This document shows positions 8,368 to 18,640 of a DNA stretch of 64,000 nucleotides, piece by piece. The notes below the pieces were generated by a model. It had not been told where the DNA came from. It did no database searches and was given only the letters and a program-made list of their open reading frames with translations. The DNA lies in contig JANRKS010000022.1 of NCBI GenBank assembly GCA_033763315.1, positions 1 to 64,000 on the forward strand, given 5' to 3'. Within the stretch, counting starts at the first letter, position 1, and the number at the start of each line of letters is the position of its first letter. The stretch is from Deltaproteobacteria bacterium. Lineage in GTDB: Bacteria > Myxococcota_A > Polyangia > Fen-1088. A program made the translations under genes and the position numbers.

Positions 8368-10557
8368 TCAACCGACCTTGATGATCGGCGCCATCACGGT
8401 GACGTTGCCCATGCCGGTCACGTTCACCACAGCGCCCTTGACGTCCGCGCCTGCGGGGCTCAACACCACTGAGTTTGTGCCCGTTTGCATCTTCACCCCC
8501 AAGGGGCCATCGATGGTCACGGAGCCATCGGGCGTCATCGTGATGGAAGAGGCACCGCTTTTGAGTTTCACTTGGGCCTTGCCATTGAGGGTCATTGAGC
8601 CATCTTTGCCCATCGTGATCGTGCAACCACCGTTGGTAAGAACGATGTCACCCACCGATTTGATGGTCACTGAATCCTTGACCATCATCGAGTTGCCGCC
8701 TTGGGTGAGGCCAATGTGCTCTTTGGCAGAAAGGTTGAACTGCTTGTCGATCGTGACGGTTTGCGTGGCGTCCTTGACGTACTCGCTGTCGTCCTTTTCA
8801 ACCGTAACTTTGCGACCGCCGTGGAAGTTTTCGGTTCGCAGCTCCACCACATCGAGCGTGTCCGTTTTTTTAACCTCGATCGAACGCGTGTCCAGATAGA
8901 ACTGCTCGTCTTTCTTGGTGACGGTGGTTTTGCGCTCATGCTGAATAGCGATGGTTTCGTTCTTGCCAACCGATACGCTGCGGTTCGCTCCCACCGTGAT
9001 CGATTGATCGTGCTTCACGAACACGGTGTGGTTGCGTTCGGCCTGCACGTGCAGCTCTTCTTTGCCTTTGCGATCTTCAAACCGTATCTCGTTGAAATTA
9101 TCCGCATGGCCCTTCGGCGAACTGCGCGTTTTGATGCCCGATTGCGTGGCATTGTCGGGCAACTTATAGGGCGGCTTGTTTTGCCCGTTGTATAAGCGGC
9201 CCACAATGACGGGGCGATCAGCATCGCCATCGAGGAAATCCACCAGGACCTCTTCACCCACTCGAGGTATCTGAACGCCACCAAAGCCTGCTCCCGCCCA
9301 AGGCGTGGAGACGCGCACCCAGCACGAGGTATTTTGCTTTGAGGAGTCGCCGTAGCGATCCCAATGGAACTGTACAAGCACGCGGCCAAGACCCTCGGGA
9401 TCCGTATAGATCTCGACACCTGGAGGGCCCGTCACGATGGCGCTGTGGGGGCCGTACATGCGCGGCTTCGAAATCTTCCTTTCCGGCCGAAACTCGTGCT
9501 TGCTGCTCATTGCCGTGAAATGACCCTGAAACGTCATTCCCGACGCTGCCTCGCCACTGCTCTCTAATGCGTCGGACTCAATCTTGTACGAGGCCTCCAG
9601 AACCAAAAACTGCTCGGTTTCGTTCACGGCCGCCAGGCCACGAACGCTAAAGAGGGCGCCCACACCAAGACCACGCGCGTTCGAAACAAACTTCACCAAA
9701 TTGCGTTCGACCTGCAAACGTTCAAGCGTGACAACAACAGCCTGCTGCCCATCGACACCAGTGACATACCCCCCTGGATAGTCGAAGTGCTCGAAATGAT
9801 CGTTGGCGTGACCAAGCGGGCTTGTAGATGCCTTCTCCAGCGCCACCTCTTTATACTGATAGTCGAAATCGTTGAGCGCGGCCTTGCCCGGAACCATGGT
9901 GTGGTTGCTGTCCCACGAGCTGATATGGTCCTCATCTCGCCGCGCGTGGGTGCTGGGTGGGTAGTACGGAATTGATTCGTATCCGGGAATCGTTTCGTGT
10001 TTGGCCACGCCATCAACCAGCTTGATGTTGTGCTGGCCATCCTTGTGGACGAAGTGATAGTAGATGCCCTCTTCCTCAAGCAGGCGCGAGACAAAATCAA
10101 AATTGGTTTCGCGATACTGCACCACGTATGGCCGCGTGGGGTAGCCGCCCAACTTCATTTCGGTGGTCACCGGAATGCCCAGGTCTTTGGTTACCTCAAC
10201 GAAGATGTCGGGCACCGCCTGATCTTGGATGATGCGGCAGTTGGAGATAAGCTTCATCAACGAGAGCCAAGGCTCAAGCACAACGCGATACGCGGCGTAA
10301 CGCCCCTGGCGGCCCAACGCCGCAAACGAGGTTACAAAACCCGTGAACTGGCGGTTCTCAAGCGCCGAGAGTTCAAGGTTCACCGTCATCGGTGTGCCGA
10401 GAAGTTGTTCAGCCGCGATGTGGTCGCGTTCACTGCGCAGCTCCACCACATAACGAAACGGACGGCTAAGCGCCTCGTGCCCGGTGAAGCTTCGTAACTG
10501 GAACATCCCGGAGGGGAGAGCCGAGTCGACGCTAACCTGTCTTTCGTCCATGAACAT
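8368..10557 (-). CDS. vgrG: Type VI secretion tip protein VgrG/TssI
   Basis: EALSRPFRY, VQYRETNFDFVSRLLEEEGIYY, SCWVRVS, IPRVGEEVLVDFLDGDADRP, NEIRFEDRKGKEE; start moved to ATG 10557 behind GGAGGAG. Confidence 0.97.
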   Translation of the reverse strand: MFMDERQVSVDSALPSGMFQLRSFTGHEALSRPFRYVVELRSERDHIAAEQLLGTPMTVNLELSALENRQFTGFVTSFAALGRQGRYAAYRVVLEPWLSLMKLISNCRIIQDQAVPDIFVEVTKDLGIPVTTEMKLGGYPTRPYVVQYRETNFDFVSRLLEEEGIYYHFVHKDGQHNIKLVDGVAKHETIPGYESIPYYPPSTHARRDEDHISSWDSNHTMVPGKAALNDFDYQYKEVALEKASTSPLGHANDHFEHFDYPGGYVTGVDGQQAVVVTLERLQVERNLVKFVSNARGLGVGALFSVRGLAAVNETEQFLVLEASYKIESDALESSGEAASGMTFQGHFTAMSSKHEFRPERKISKPRMYGPHSAIVTGPPGVEIYTDPEGLGRVLVQFHWDRYGDSSKQNTSCWVRVSTPWAGAGFGGVQIPRVGEEVLVDFLDGDADRPVIVGRLYNGQNKPPYKLPDNATQSGIKTRSSPKGHADNFNEIRFEDRKGKEELHVQAERNHTVFVKHDQSITVGANRSVSVGKNETIAIQHERKTTVTKKDEQFYLDTRSIEVKKTDTLDVVELRTENFHGGRKVTVEKDDSEYVKDATQTVTIDKQFNLSAKEHIGLTQGGNSMMVKDSVTIKSVGDIVLTNGGCTITMGKDGSMTLNGKAQVKLKSGASSITMTPDGSVTIDGPLGVKMQTGTNSVVLSPAGADVKGAVVNVTGMGNVTVMAPIIKVG

Positions 10558-11003
10558 TGCTGGCGTAATCTCCTCCAAAAGACGCACGTGGTCTATGCCG
10601 AACTGGCCCAAGTGGCCGCTCGTTGGCTTGACGAGCAGTTATCGGCGAGGCGGCGTGCGAAGTTGCTAAGAAATGCGATTGCGATAAACACGAACAGAGC
10701 GAGCGCACGGGTCAACGCATAACGCAACGCTTCCTTGCGATGTGAGCTAGAGTGATAAAAAGGCAACGGCAGCGAGAGAACTGCGCATGACATTCGCAGA
10801 ATACTTGCGTTTCGAGAACGGCAGCTCCACGAAGCACGAGTTCGCACTTAGACGACATTTACCGAAACGATCTCCCGAACTAGGGAAGCAGCTCTGGTTA
10901 AATCAATCGCCGACCGCCGCGCCGCAGCGCGCCGAACGGTGAAACGTCTTCATGGGGCGATTTTGCGCAACAAATCACGCCCCGGTCCGATAACTTGCGA
11001 CAG

Positions 11004-12302
11004 ATGAGCCGCGTTGGCCTCGCTTTAGACACAGTGTTCGGCACGCTCGAATTGCGTCCGCCGCAGTCTGCGAGCGACGTAAACCGGGTGCCCTTAATCA
11101 GGTGCCGCGACACCATCGCGAAGGCGCTCGGTTTTCATCTTAAGTACGGAAACATCTACGACGCGCGCATACTGGCCAGCCACGTCTGCGCGTTGCCGAT
11201 CGGCGCCTCGGAGGAAGAGGTGGCGGAAGGTCTGCTGGGCGCGCTGGATCACGGTCACTTGATAGCTGCGGCTGCTGGCGATGCGCACAGTGACGATCAC
11301 GGCAAAGAACTCTGGGCGGCTTATGTGACCTTCAGAGCGCGCCTTGGCCGCGAGTTTGTTGTGGCCGCGCGCCGACACCGTTTGGTCCAGCGAGAGCAAG
11401 TGGAAACCATTCGCTCCGAAAATGACTATGACGTGGTTCGGGCTACGGAGGCCGCCGGCATCATCAAGCGCGTCGCCCAATCCGCTGGCGGCGGCCCGTG
11501 GCAAAAGGCCGCGGAGGTCATTGCAAAGCATTTGGCCGACCTGCACATGCCGCCCGCGCCTGGATCGTTTGTGTTGCTGCGCGCACCGGCGTCGCAAGCC
11601 GAGCGAATCACGCCACCAGAGGACGTGATCACGCCAGCAAAGCTCAAAGAACTGGTGTCGCGACGGTTAAGAGATCCGAGGTGGTTGGGCGCCCAGCCAG
11701 TCGCCACACGCGAACAGCCGATCAGCAGCGCCAGCATCGACGATGAGGTTTTTGTGCGCGTCACGACGTCTCAATTCCCGATCGGCACCTCGATCACATT
11801 CGTGATCATGGACGCCGCCACGCGCGAGGTGGTGACAACCCTTGCTGGAACCGTGGGCGATGGTGAAAGCGAGACCATGGCTCACGGGCGATGGATTGTG
11901 CCTGAAATGCTCGAATCGGGCCCCGTGGTGCCAGACAAAACCAAGTTCCTGATCGCGGCTGAGGCGATGGGGCAAAAGGTAGACGGCGCGGAACTAAAGA
12001 TTGTGCCGTGGGTTTGGGAGTTGCTCGTGCAGTTCGATCCCGATGATCCCAAGACCGCGGATGACGAATTGATCTTGCTCGATAGCGGTCACGCCGAGGT
12101 TGAGCGGGTTGGCCCGGGGCAAATGAGCAAAGAGGGCAAAGACTGGATGCGTGTGAAGTTCAAGAAGGCGCGTAAGATGCAAAAATACACGCTGATTCGC
12201 GACCATGGCGAGGACGAAGGCGGCGGTATCGACCTTTTGCTGCAAGACGAATCACCCTTCGAACTCGAAAAGCTTGCTGATGAACAGAAGGCGGGTGCTT
12301 AA
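11004..12302 (+). CDS. Hypothetical protein, first gene of an operon divergent from vgrG
   Basis: Long ORF whose stop abuts the next start (TAAATG); no recognised domain. Confidence 0.7.
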   Translation: MSRVGLALDTVFGTLELRPPQSASDVNRVPLIRCRDTIAKALGFHLKYGNIYDARILASHVCALPIGASEEEVAEGLLGALDHGHLIAAAAGDAHSDDHGKELWAAYVTFRARLGREFVVAARRHRLVQREQVETIRSENDYDVVRATEAAGIIKRVAQSAGGGPWQKAAEVIAKHLADLHMPPAPGSFVLLRAPASQAERITPPEDVITPAKLKELVSRRLRDPRWLGAQPVATREQPISSASIDDEVFVRVTTSQFPIGTSITFVIMDAATREVVTTLAGTVGDGESETMAHGRWIVPEMLESGPVVPDKTKFLIAAEAMGQKVDGAELKIVPWVWELLVQFDPDDPKTADDELILLDSGHAEVERVGPGQMSKEGKDWMRVKFKKARKMQKYTLIRDHGEDEGGGIDLLLQDESPFELEKLADEQKAGA

Positions 12303-15300
12303 ATGGCCACAGCCCCCATCCATCGCCTGTACCTGATGAGTGGAGCCTACGACGTAAAGACGGGCGTGGCGGATCACTCACTTGAGCCCGTGGCCGATCG
12401 CATTTTGATGATGCGTGACCACAAGGGCAATCTCAGCATGAATTACGTCGACACACGCGGCCAGCTGATGTCCATCGGCAAAAAGGGCGAGCAGCTGGAC
12501 GTCGTGCAGCGAATTGCCGAAAGGCCTTTGCGACTATCTCTCGCACCTACTGGCACCTTGAAGGAAGCGGTTGCGGCCTATGGAGACCAATGGCAAACCA
12601 AGCTTTTGAACCATGCGGCACAGGCGGGAATCACGGATGAAATTACGACGCTCCCGATCAAGTTCACCTCGGCAAAACTCAAACCAGGCGCAACCGAAGC
12701 CGAAAAGAAGCTGCTTAGTTTTTTCGACAGCGGTGAGTTTCGAGGGCAGCTAATCGTCAAAAACCGGTGCGTTCTGGTATTGGTGGATGCAAGTTGCGCG
12801 GCTGCGCTGCATGGCTGCCAACTTAAGTGCGGTGCAAATGCGATCAAGACGGTCGAGCTTCCGGATTTGCTCACATTGGCCTTGCCGGGACACGGGACAG
12901 CGTCATACAGGGTCGCGGCAGCGATCGGCCCGGCGTTGCCAGAAGGCCGATACACGGCCTCGGTCCCAGCGCAGACGTTCGTCGATCAACGCGTGCACAC
13001 CACATCGGGCATGGTACACCGCTCTTTCGAGGTTGCCTTCGCGATCAAAACCGTCTTCTTTGACATCGACGTACACGTCTTCGCCATGCCAACCGTCGAG
13101 TCGTCGATCATGTTGCACTTTGCGGATCGCTTTCCTCACCTAAGCGATGCGAGTGATGAGGCGTCGCCCGTTTATGAAGCTGGCATGAACGCCATAGCAT
13201 CGGCGCGCGCGCACGCGGCCATTTACAAAGAAAAAAAGGCCTTGGTCACGGGCTTTATGCCGGCCGACGGTGTCTTTGCTGGCCAGCGCAAGGACCTAAA
13301 CAAGTACCTCCTTTCACTGGCCGACAAGGCCCTGGCCCAAGCGTTGCCATCGCTTAGCACCGACCCGGAATATCTGGAGGTGAGCAAAACCCTTCTGGCT
13401 GTTTACCAAGGCAGCCGCGCTTATCTCAAGGGCAAGGAGAAGTGGCTAGCCGTGAGGGGAAAACTGCAAGAGGTCATTTGGGCTGCCATGGAGGTCGATG
13501 GCAACACGGCCCTCAAGATTTCCAAGGATGTTGAATCGTTTAAGGTTTTCTTTCACCCCAACTTCTTCAGAGACATGGAGACGGAGATCCGGAAGTCACT
13601 AACGGATAAAAAGCAGAAGCTGATGCTCAAGGTCGGCCTGCTTGATGAATCAAAGGTGTCTGCAGATCTGCTCAACCGAATCAAGGCCGAATCGGAGACG
13701 AAGGCCTTGCGTGGATTCGAGGCCGTCAAAGGTCTAAAGGGGGTACTAAGCGCCATCGACACCGCCTTAACGATTGAGGAAGCGGCGAAATCAATCTCCG
13801 CGCTGATTGATGCGCATGCCGATCGCGATCTGCAGTACGCGCGTATGAATACGGGATTGAAGCGGTATCACGACCATTACCACGCTTCGCCCAACACCGA
13901 AGCTTGGGCCAAACTTGAGGCGCTTCGGCTTATGGCGAATGCGGCGCGGGCGGGCGTAGATGCTGCAGAAATGGAGGTCATCACCCAAGCGGCGTCTGCG
14001 GTGATGGGCGGCATCTCCATGATCCCTGTTGTCGGCGAAGTCGCGCAAGTCGTGGCTATCGCGGGGGTGGCCAAGGACCTAGGCCTTCATTTACTAAACA
14101 CAATTAGCAGTGCCGTGGATCGATTCGGCTTGCGGCACCGTTCGCAGGGCAACCGGTTGCTTGACCTTGGCCGGCAGCACGCGCTATGCGTCCGGGCCCT
14201 CCCTCGAGAGTCCAAGCCCAATGACCCATCGGTGCTTTGGTATTCGCGGGTCATCGCCATCATCGGGCTGCTGCGTTTGATTGAGCGATTGGGCAGCCCC
14301 ATGTATGACCGAGCGCGTTTCGATCGAAAGGTGCAGGACTATCGGATTCAGAAATACATTCAGGTGTATCTGATGGGTTCCTCCTTTCCCGCGGTGTTGT
14401 GGCCGGAGCTGCCCTTGGATGAGGTGTGGATGTATGCATGTGGTGGTGAAAAGTCTTCCTGGACTGAAAGCCTGATGAAGGCCCTGACACCCAGCCAATA
14501 CTCGTGGAGCGAACTGCAGGAATCAGGTGCGCACCATGCCCAATTCGGCCGCAGCCATCTATTCCCCATTGAGGGAATCGAAACGGCCGACTGTGGCGCT
14601 TTGGCTCGCGCCTTCTCGGTGAACTTTTCTGGTGTCATCGACAAGCAGTATTCATGGGCGCGGGTATACGTGCGTGATCGTGCCTCGAAGCGATGGATCG
14701 TCATCGACAAGGCTCTATTCAAAATTGGGCCATTTGATGAAATCCGCGTCGTCGTGGCTTTTCGCGCGAAGTCGACAAAAGAAAACCTTACAGGCGTTCC
14801 TGTTTCCCTGCAGATCATGAGAACGGACGGCATATTCCGCGATGAGGGGCCGATCTACAAAAGCTCACTCATGAGGGTTATACCGCGCACGCCCCTAACC
14901 AAGAGCGAGGGCGATGACAAAGAACTTCTGCAAGACGATCCGTTCGAGAAGGCACTGAGCGAGGACGCGCTTGGCTACTATGCGGTTTTCTCACCCTTTT
15001 ATTTTTATCGCGACAAGATGTACCGGGGCATTAAGCCGTTTAGCCACATACCACTGTCACCGGATCCAAACTTCTCGGTGGCTTTCGACATTGCCACTGG
15101 GGATGACGCCAAGCGAATCGCACACGAGCGAAAGGACGTGGACACCAAGGTCCATTTCGATCTCAAAGACGGCAACGCCGTGGGCATGCTGCTCGACCGC
15201 GGTTTTCTCGCGAAGAAGACGGCGGAAAAGACGCTGGTGAATATATTCGATCTGCCTTATCAGAAAATTGTGCCCCTCGGCGTGGTGGCACGAGTGTCGG

Positions 15301-15965
15301 GAAAGTTGCATCAATCCGTAAGGAACGATGGCGCTTGGGAGCTGCCAATCCAGGATGGTGAAGTTTGGGGCCATCCTATGCAGTTGATCTTCTGTTTTGG
15401 TGCTCGCCTAACGCACATTGGAGCGGATGTGCAGTTTCCGGGCCGTCTGCAGTTTCGTCAACTTCATCGGTTCGTTGATGACTACGGACCTCAGTATCCG
15501 ACATCAATTGTGAATGTCGGACGAGCTGCAGCGGGAGGGCGCTTCGCGTGGACAGCTGTTTTGTCAGGGTTGATAAAGGCCGACGACTCATATGCCAAGG
15601 CGCTAAAAGACTTCTCGGTTGGAGGCGACATGGAGACACGCGAGGCCTTCTCAATTTTTTCGTGTTTCGTGGATCTCACCTTCGCCATAGAATCGGCTGA
15701 TCGGAAATCGATGATTGCCCTTCCGGGTCCGAAGCCCTTCGCAAACGAACTTGGAGGGCGCGAATATGCCTACGGGGTAGGGCTTAACGCGCCTACGGAA
15801 GTCGGGTTGGGCTCTGCCCTGAAGACCGGGTTCGTCTTGAAGTTGCCTCCGATCGACTCCGCTTTCTTGAAAGGCACCGCCTTCGACGGAGATCTCAGCT
15901 TCGTGACCGATGAAAGGTACTTTTCTACTTTGGCGGTCGACAGGCCTGAGCACGTGAAGAAATGA
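12303..15965 (+). CDS. Large hypothetical protein (1220 aa), candidate T6SS effector with central hydrophobic hairpin
   Basis: Coiled helical middle; hydrophobic AASAVMGGISMIPVVGEVAQVVAIAGV; two C-terminal internal repeats; ATGA overlap with the ankyrin gene. Confidence 0.65.
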   Translation: MATAPIHRLYLMSGAYDVKTGVADHSLEPVADRILMMRDHKGNLSMNYVDTRGQLMSIGKKGEQLDVVQRIAERPLRLSLAPTGTLKEAVAAYGDQWQTKLLNHAAQAGITDEITTLPIKFTSAKLKPGATEAEKKLLSFFDSGEFRGQLIVKNRCVLVLVDASCAAALHGCQLKCGANAIKTVELPDLLTLALPGHGTASYRVAAAIGPALPEGRYTASVPAQTFVDQRVHTTSGMVHRSFEVAFAIKTVFFDIDVHVFAMPTVESSIMLHFADRFPHLSDASDEASPVYEAGMNAIASARAHAAIYKEKKALVTGFMPADGVFAGQRKDLNKYLLSLADKALAQALPSLSTDPEYLEVSKTLLAVYQGSRAYLKGKEKWLAVRGKLQEVIWAAMEVDGNTALKISKDVESFKVFFHPNFFRDMETEIRKSLTDKKQKLMLKVGLLDESKVSADLLNRIKAESETKALRGFEAVKGLKGVLSAIDTALTIEEAAKSISALIDAHADRDLQYARMNTGLKRYHDHYHASPNTEAWAKLEALRLMANAARAGVDAAEMEVITQAASAVMGGISMIPVVGEVAQVVAIAGVAKDLGLHLLNTISSAVDRFGLRHRSQGNRLLDLGRQHALCVRALPRESKPNDPSVLWYSRVIAIIGLLRLIERLGSPMYDRARFDRKVQDYRIQKYIQVYLMGSSFPAVLWPELPLDEVWMYACGGEKSSWTESLMKALTPSQYSWSELQESGAHHAQFGRSHLFPIEGIETADCGALARAFSVNFSGVIDKQYSWARVYVRDRASKRWIVIDKALFKIGPFDEIRVVVAFRAKSTKENLTGVPVSLQIMRTDGIFRDEGPIYKSSLMRVIPRTPLTKSEGDDKELLQDDPFEKALSEDALGYYAVFSPFYFYRDKMYRGIKPFSHIPLSPDPNFSVAFDIATGDDAKRIAHERKDVDTKVHFDLKDGNAVGMLLDRGFLAKKTAEKTLVNIFDLPYQKIVPLGVVARVSGKLHQSVRNDGAWELPIQDGEVWGHPMQLIFCFGARLTHIGADVQFPGRLQFRQLHRFVDDYGPQYPTSIVNVGRAAAGGRFAWTAVLSGLIKADDSYAKALKDFSVGGDMETREAFSIFSCFVDLTFAIESADRKSMIALPGPKPFANELGGREYAYGVGLNAPTEVGLGSALKTGFVLKLPPIDSAFLKGTAFDGDLSFVTDERYFSTLAVDRPEHVKK

Positions 15966-17122
15966 AGAAACGTCTCCGCACGGTTGCCGCAGCCGCGGGC
16001 GCTATGGCAATGGCGTTCATATGGTTCGTACGTGCTGATATCTTGGATTGGTCAGCATGTAACATGTCGCTTCTAAGCAGAGTGGTTTTGCCTCTGGTGG
16101 CCGACCACGAGAAACTCGATGCTTTACGTAGCGCCCTTTTCTGCAGCAACTCTAGCGGAATCGACGCGGCTATTTCTGGGCTCTCGGGTCAAACTGTCGG
16201 CGTTGTGGACGCGTTCAGGTCGACGGCAACCTTCTGCGCCAAACTGCCACCGGACTTGGCGGTGGAAACGATCCGCCAACTTGTCGCTAAAGTTCCGAAT
16301 GCGGAGGTTCTCCTCAACGGTAACGATCCGCCCGTAGCGTATGCGTCGACGACCGAGTGCGCACGCGCGCTTCTGAGCGCGGGAGCCAAATTGGAATACG
16401 AATACGAAGGGCAGCCGCAATCTGTTTTGGTGCGCGTACCAACGTTCGCCGAGCGCTTGCCAGTCTATGAAGAGTTCTTGAAGCTTGGCGCAGATCCGAA
16501 CTTCAGAGGACCCTTGGGCCTCACTGTCATGATGCAGACAAGCAAGCCGGAGTACATCAAGCTATTGGCCCGCTACGGCGCTGATCCGAACCTCAAAGAT
16601 GACGAAGGCCTAAACGCACTTGATCACGCATACCAAGAAAAGGATCAGGAAAAGGCTGACGCCCTTATCGCCGTGGGCGCGAAGATTGGCACGTTTGTGA
16701 ACTCTGACCATGCACAAGCCGACTACGCTTACAAGAACCAGCATGCCATTCTTGGCGGTGGCGGCAGCGGTTCGGACTCATGCCGCGTGTCCGTACGCAC
16801 ACACTCGTCTATGTTCGCTGACGGTGGGAATACATGGACCATGAGCGTGGGGACCGAACTCGACATCACAGTGCGATGCCTAGACGGTGGCGTGCTGCAC
16901 GCGGCTGTTGTGCCTCGCAAAGGGGACATCGAGGTTTACGCCAACCTTTTCATGATGGAGGGCGTTGGAACCTTCAAATTCAGGGCCAGTAAGCCTTACG
17001 ATAGCGCACGCCTCAGATTCTTCCGGTCGCAGGGGTCAGTGGAAAACCTCGCCGCCGCCGTTGCTGACGGCAAGGCCCGCGCCGTGGCCCAAAGGACAAT
17101 CACTGCGGCCGTTCCGCAATGA
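15962..17122 (+). CDS. Membrane-anchored or exported ankyrin-repeat protein, candidate immunity protein
   Basis: N-terminal signal/TM segment; LGADPNFRGPLGLT and YGADPNLKDDEGLNALDHA ankyrin repeats. Confidence 0.8.
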   Translation: MKKRLRTVAAAAGAMAMAFIWFVRADILDWSACNMSLLSRVVLPLVADHEKLDALRSALFCSNSSGIDAAISGLSGQTVGVVDAFRSTATFCAKLPPDLAVETIRQLVAKVPNAEVLLNGNDPPVAYASTTECARALLSAGAKLEYEYEGQPQSVLVRVPTFAERLPVYEEFLKLGADPNFRGPLGLTVMMQTSKPEYIKLLARYGADPNLKDDEGLNALDHAYQEKDQEKADALIAVGAKIGTFVNSDHAQADYAYKNQHAILGGGGSGSDSCRVSVRTHSSMFADGGNTWTMSVGTELDITVRCLDGGVLHAAVVPRKGDIEVYANLFMMEGVGTFKFRASKPYDSARLRFFRSQGSVENLAAAVADGKARAVAQRTITAAVPQ

Positions 17123-17264
17123 TCTTCGGCGGCCCCCCGGGTCGCCCGCCATTTCGCTTCACGACCACAGCAACCGCCTCGGGCCCGCCCACATCTTTTC
17201 GACCAGTTGAGTCGACACCACTACGCGCTTGCCGTCGCACCTCAACCTGACCTAAGGTCCGGCC

Positions 17265-18422
17265 ATGCAACGGGACGAATGGAATACGGGGTGGCGCCGT
17301 GGTTTCGGCGCGGTGGTTTTGGCAGCGGCGATCGTGTGGGGGGAGGGCCGTGCTTTCGCCGTCGTCACTTTCGAGCAGATGGCGCTCGAGTTTACGGAGG
17401 GCCTTGGTTACCTCAAGGGCAGCGTGCCGGCCGCCATCGGCGAAGACGGCACCGTTGTGTTTGCGGGCTCGGCACCGAACACGTTTGCGGATTCACTTTT
17501 CATTCGCGCGGCGCCGGCGAACACACTTGTGAAGTATACGTTGCCTAGCCCGCGCAAGTTGCCGCAGTCGCTGCAAACGCAGGCCGGTCGCGTGGTGTAC
17601 GTGGCCGATGGGGGCAGCGGAAGACTCGGCGTGTATCGGTTGCGCACGGACGGAACCGGTGGCGCCACCATCTATTCTTCTTCAACGGTTTCCGCGCGGC
17701 CCTACGTGTCCGTGGCGCCCAACCAAACGCTGGTTTACTCCACTTTGGCCAACGGCACGGGGGCAATCATGAAGGGCACAGTTACCGGCAGAGCCGCCGT
17801 GTTTCGATCGGGAACGAACATCTTTTATAACCACCTTGGTCTCGACGTAAACGAGCTGGGGCAAGTGGCGGCGCAAATGGAGTATAGCGATCCGTCGCGG
17901 GGGCTTTCGCGCGGCATCTTGGTGATCGACACCGCGGAAGAAGAGCTTGCCAACACGACCACGGCGATCGAACGCACGGCGGTGTCGGTGCAACCTAGAC
18001 CATCCATTAACAGCTTGGGCGAAGTGGCCTTCGCCCTCAACAGCGCGGTCACAGTGACTTTTGGTGCTCAACAATTCACCTATGCCGCCGGCGTTTATAA
18101 GGTGACGCCCACAGCGTTCGGGCAATACCGGCAAGCCACACCAATCGCGACCACCGCAAAATACAGTAGCTTTGGCAAGGTGGAGATCAATGACGACGGC
18201 TTGGTGGTGTTCGAAGCCACACCCGTGGGTGGCAGCTTTGGTGTTTTTTACGGAGCGGATCCCGCCACTAGCAAGGTGATCGCGATCGGCGACACCCGCG
18301 GCGGCCGCTTGTTTTCGTGGGTGTCGATGGGTGGATTGAACAACAGCGGGCAAGTGGCCATCAGCACGAGCGACTACTACAGCACCGATCGACAGGTGTG
18401 GCGCGTGACGATCGCGCCCTAA
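17265..18422 (+). CDS. Secreted NxxGxxAF-repeat (beta-propeller-like) protein
   Basis: Signal peptide ending AFA; repeats VNELGQVAA, INSLGEVAF, INDDGLVVF, LNNSGQVAI. Confidence 0.75.
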   Translation: MQRDEWNTGWRRGFGAVVLAAAIVWGEGRAFAVVTFEQMALEFTEGLGYLKGSVPAAIGEDGTVVFAGSAPNTFADSLFIRAAPANTLVKYTLPSPRKLPQSLQTQAGRVVYVADGGSGRLGVYRLRTDGTGGATIYSSSTVSARPYVSVAPNQTLVYSTLANGTGAIMKGTVTGRAAVFRSGTNIFYNHLGLDVNELGQVAAQMEYSDPSRGLSRGILVIDTAEEELANTTTAIERTAVSVQPRPSINSLGEVAFALNSAVTVTFGAQQFTYAAGVYKVTPTAFGQYRQATPIATTAKYSSFGKVEINDDGLVVFEATPVGGSFGVFYGADPATSKVIAIGDTRGGRLFSWVSMGGLNNSGQVAISTSDYYSTDRQVWRVTIAP

Positions 18423-18640
18423 GCGTCACTGAGACGTCCTCGCTCTCTCAGTATGGGGCGGGCACGAAACTCTATTTGCCGGCGCGGTCGCTGGGCGTCT
18501 TGTATCGCTCTTGTCTATGCGCACGCCACGAGGCAAAGCAAAATGTCGCCGCCCCGAGGAGCGGCAACCAAGTGAGAGAGAATCAAATTCTCTGTGCGAC
18601 AAACGCAGCCGCCACCCCTCACTTAACGAGGGTAAATCAC

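Noticed and set aside
10651-10668. Possible sigma54 promoter CGGCGTGCGAAGTTGCT
   Set aside because: GG-to-GC spacing is one base longer than the strict -24/-12 consensus
8368-17122. Complete T6SS or contractile injection system
   Set aside because: No hcp, sheath, baseplate or membrane-complex genes in the window; this is an auxiliary effector island only
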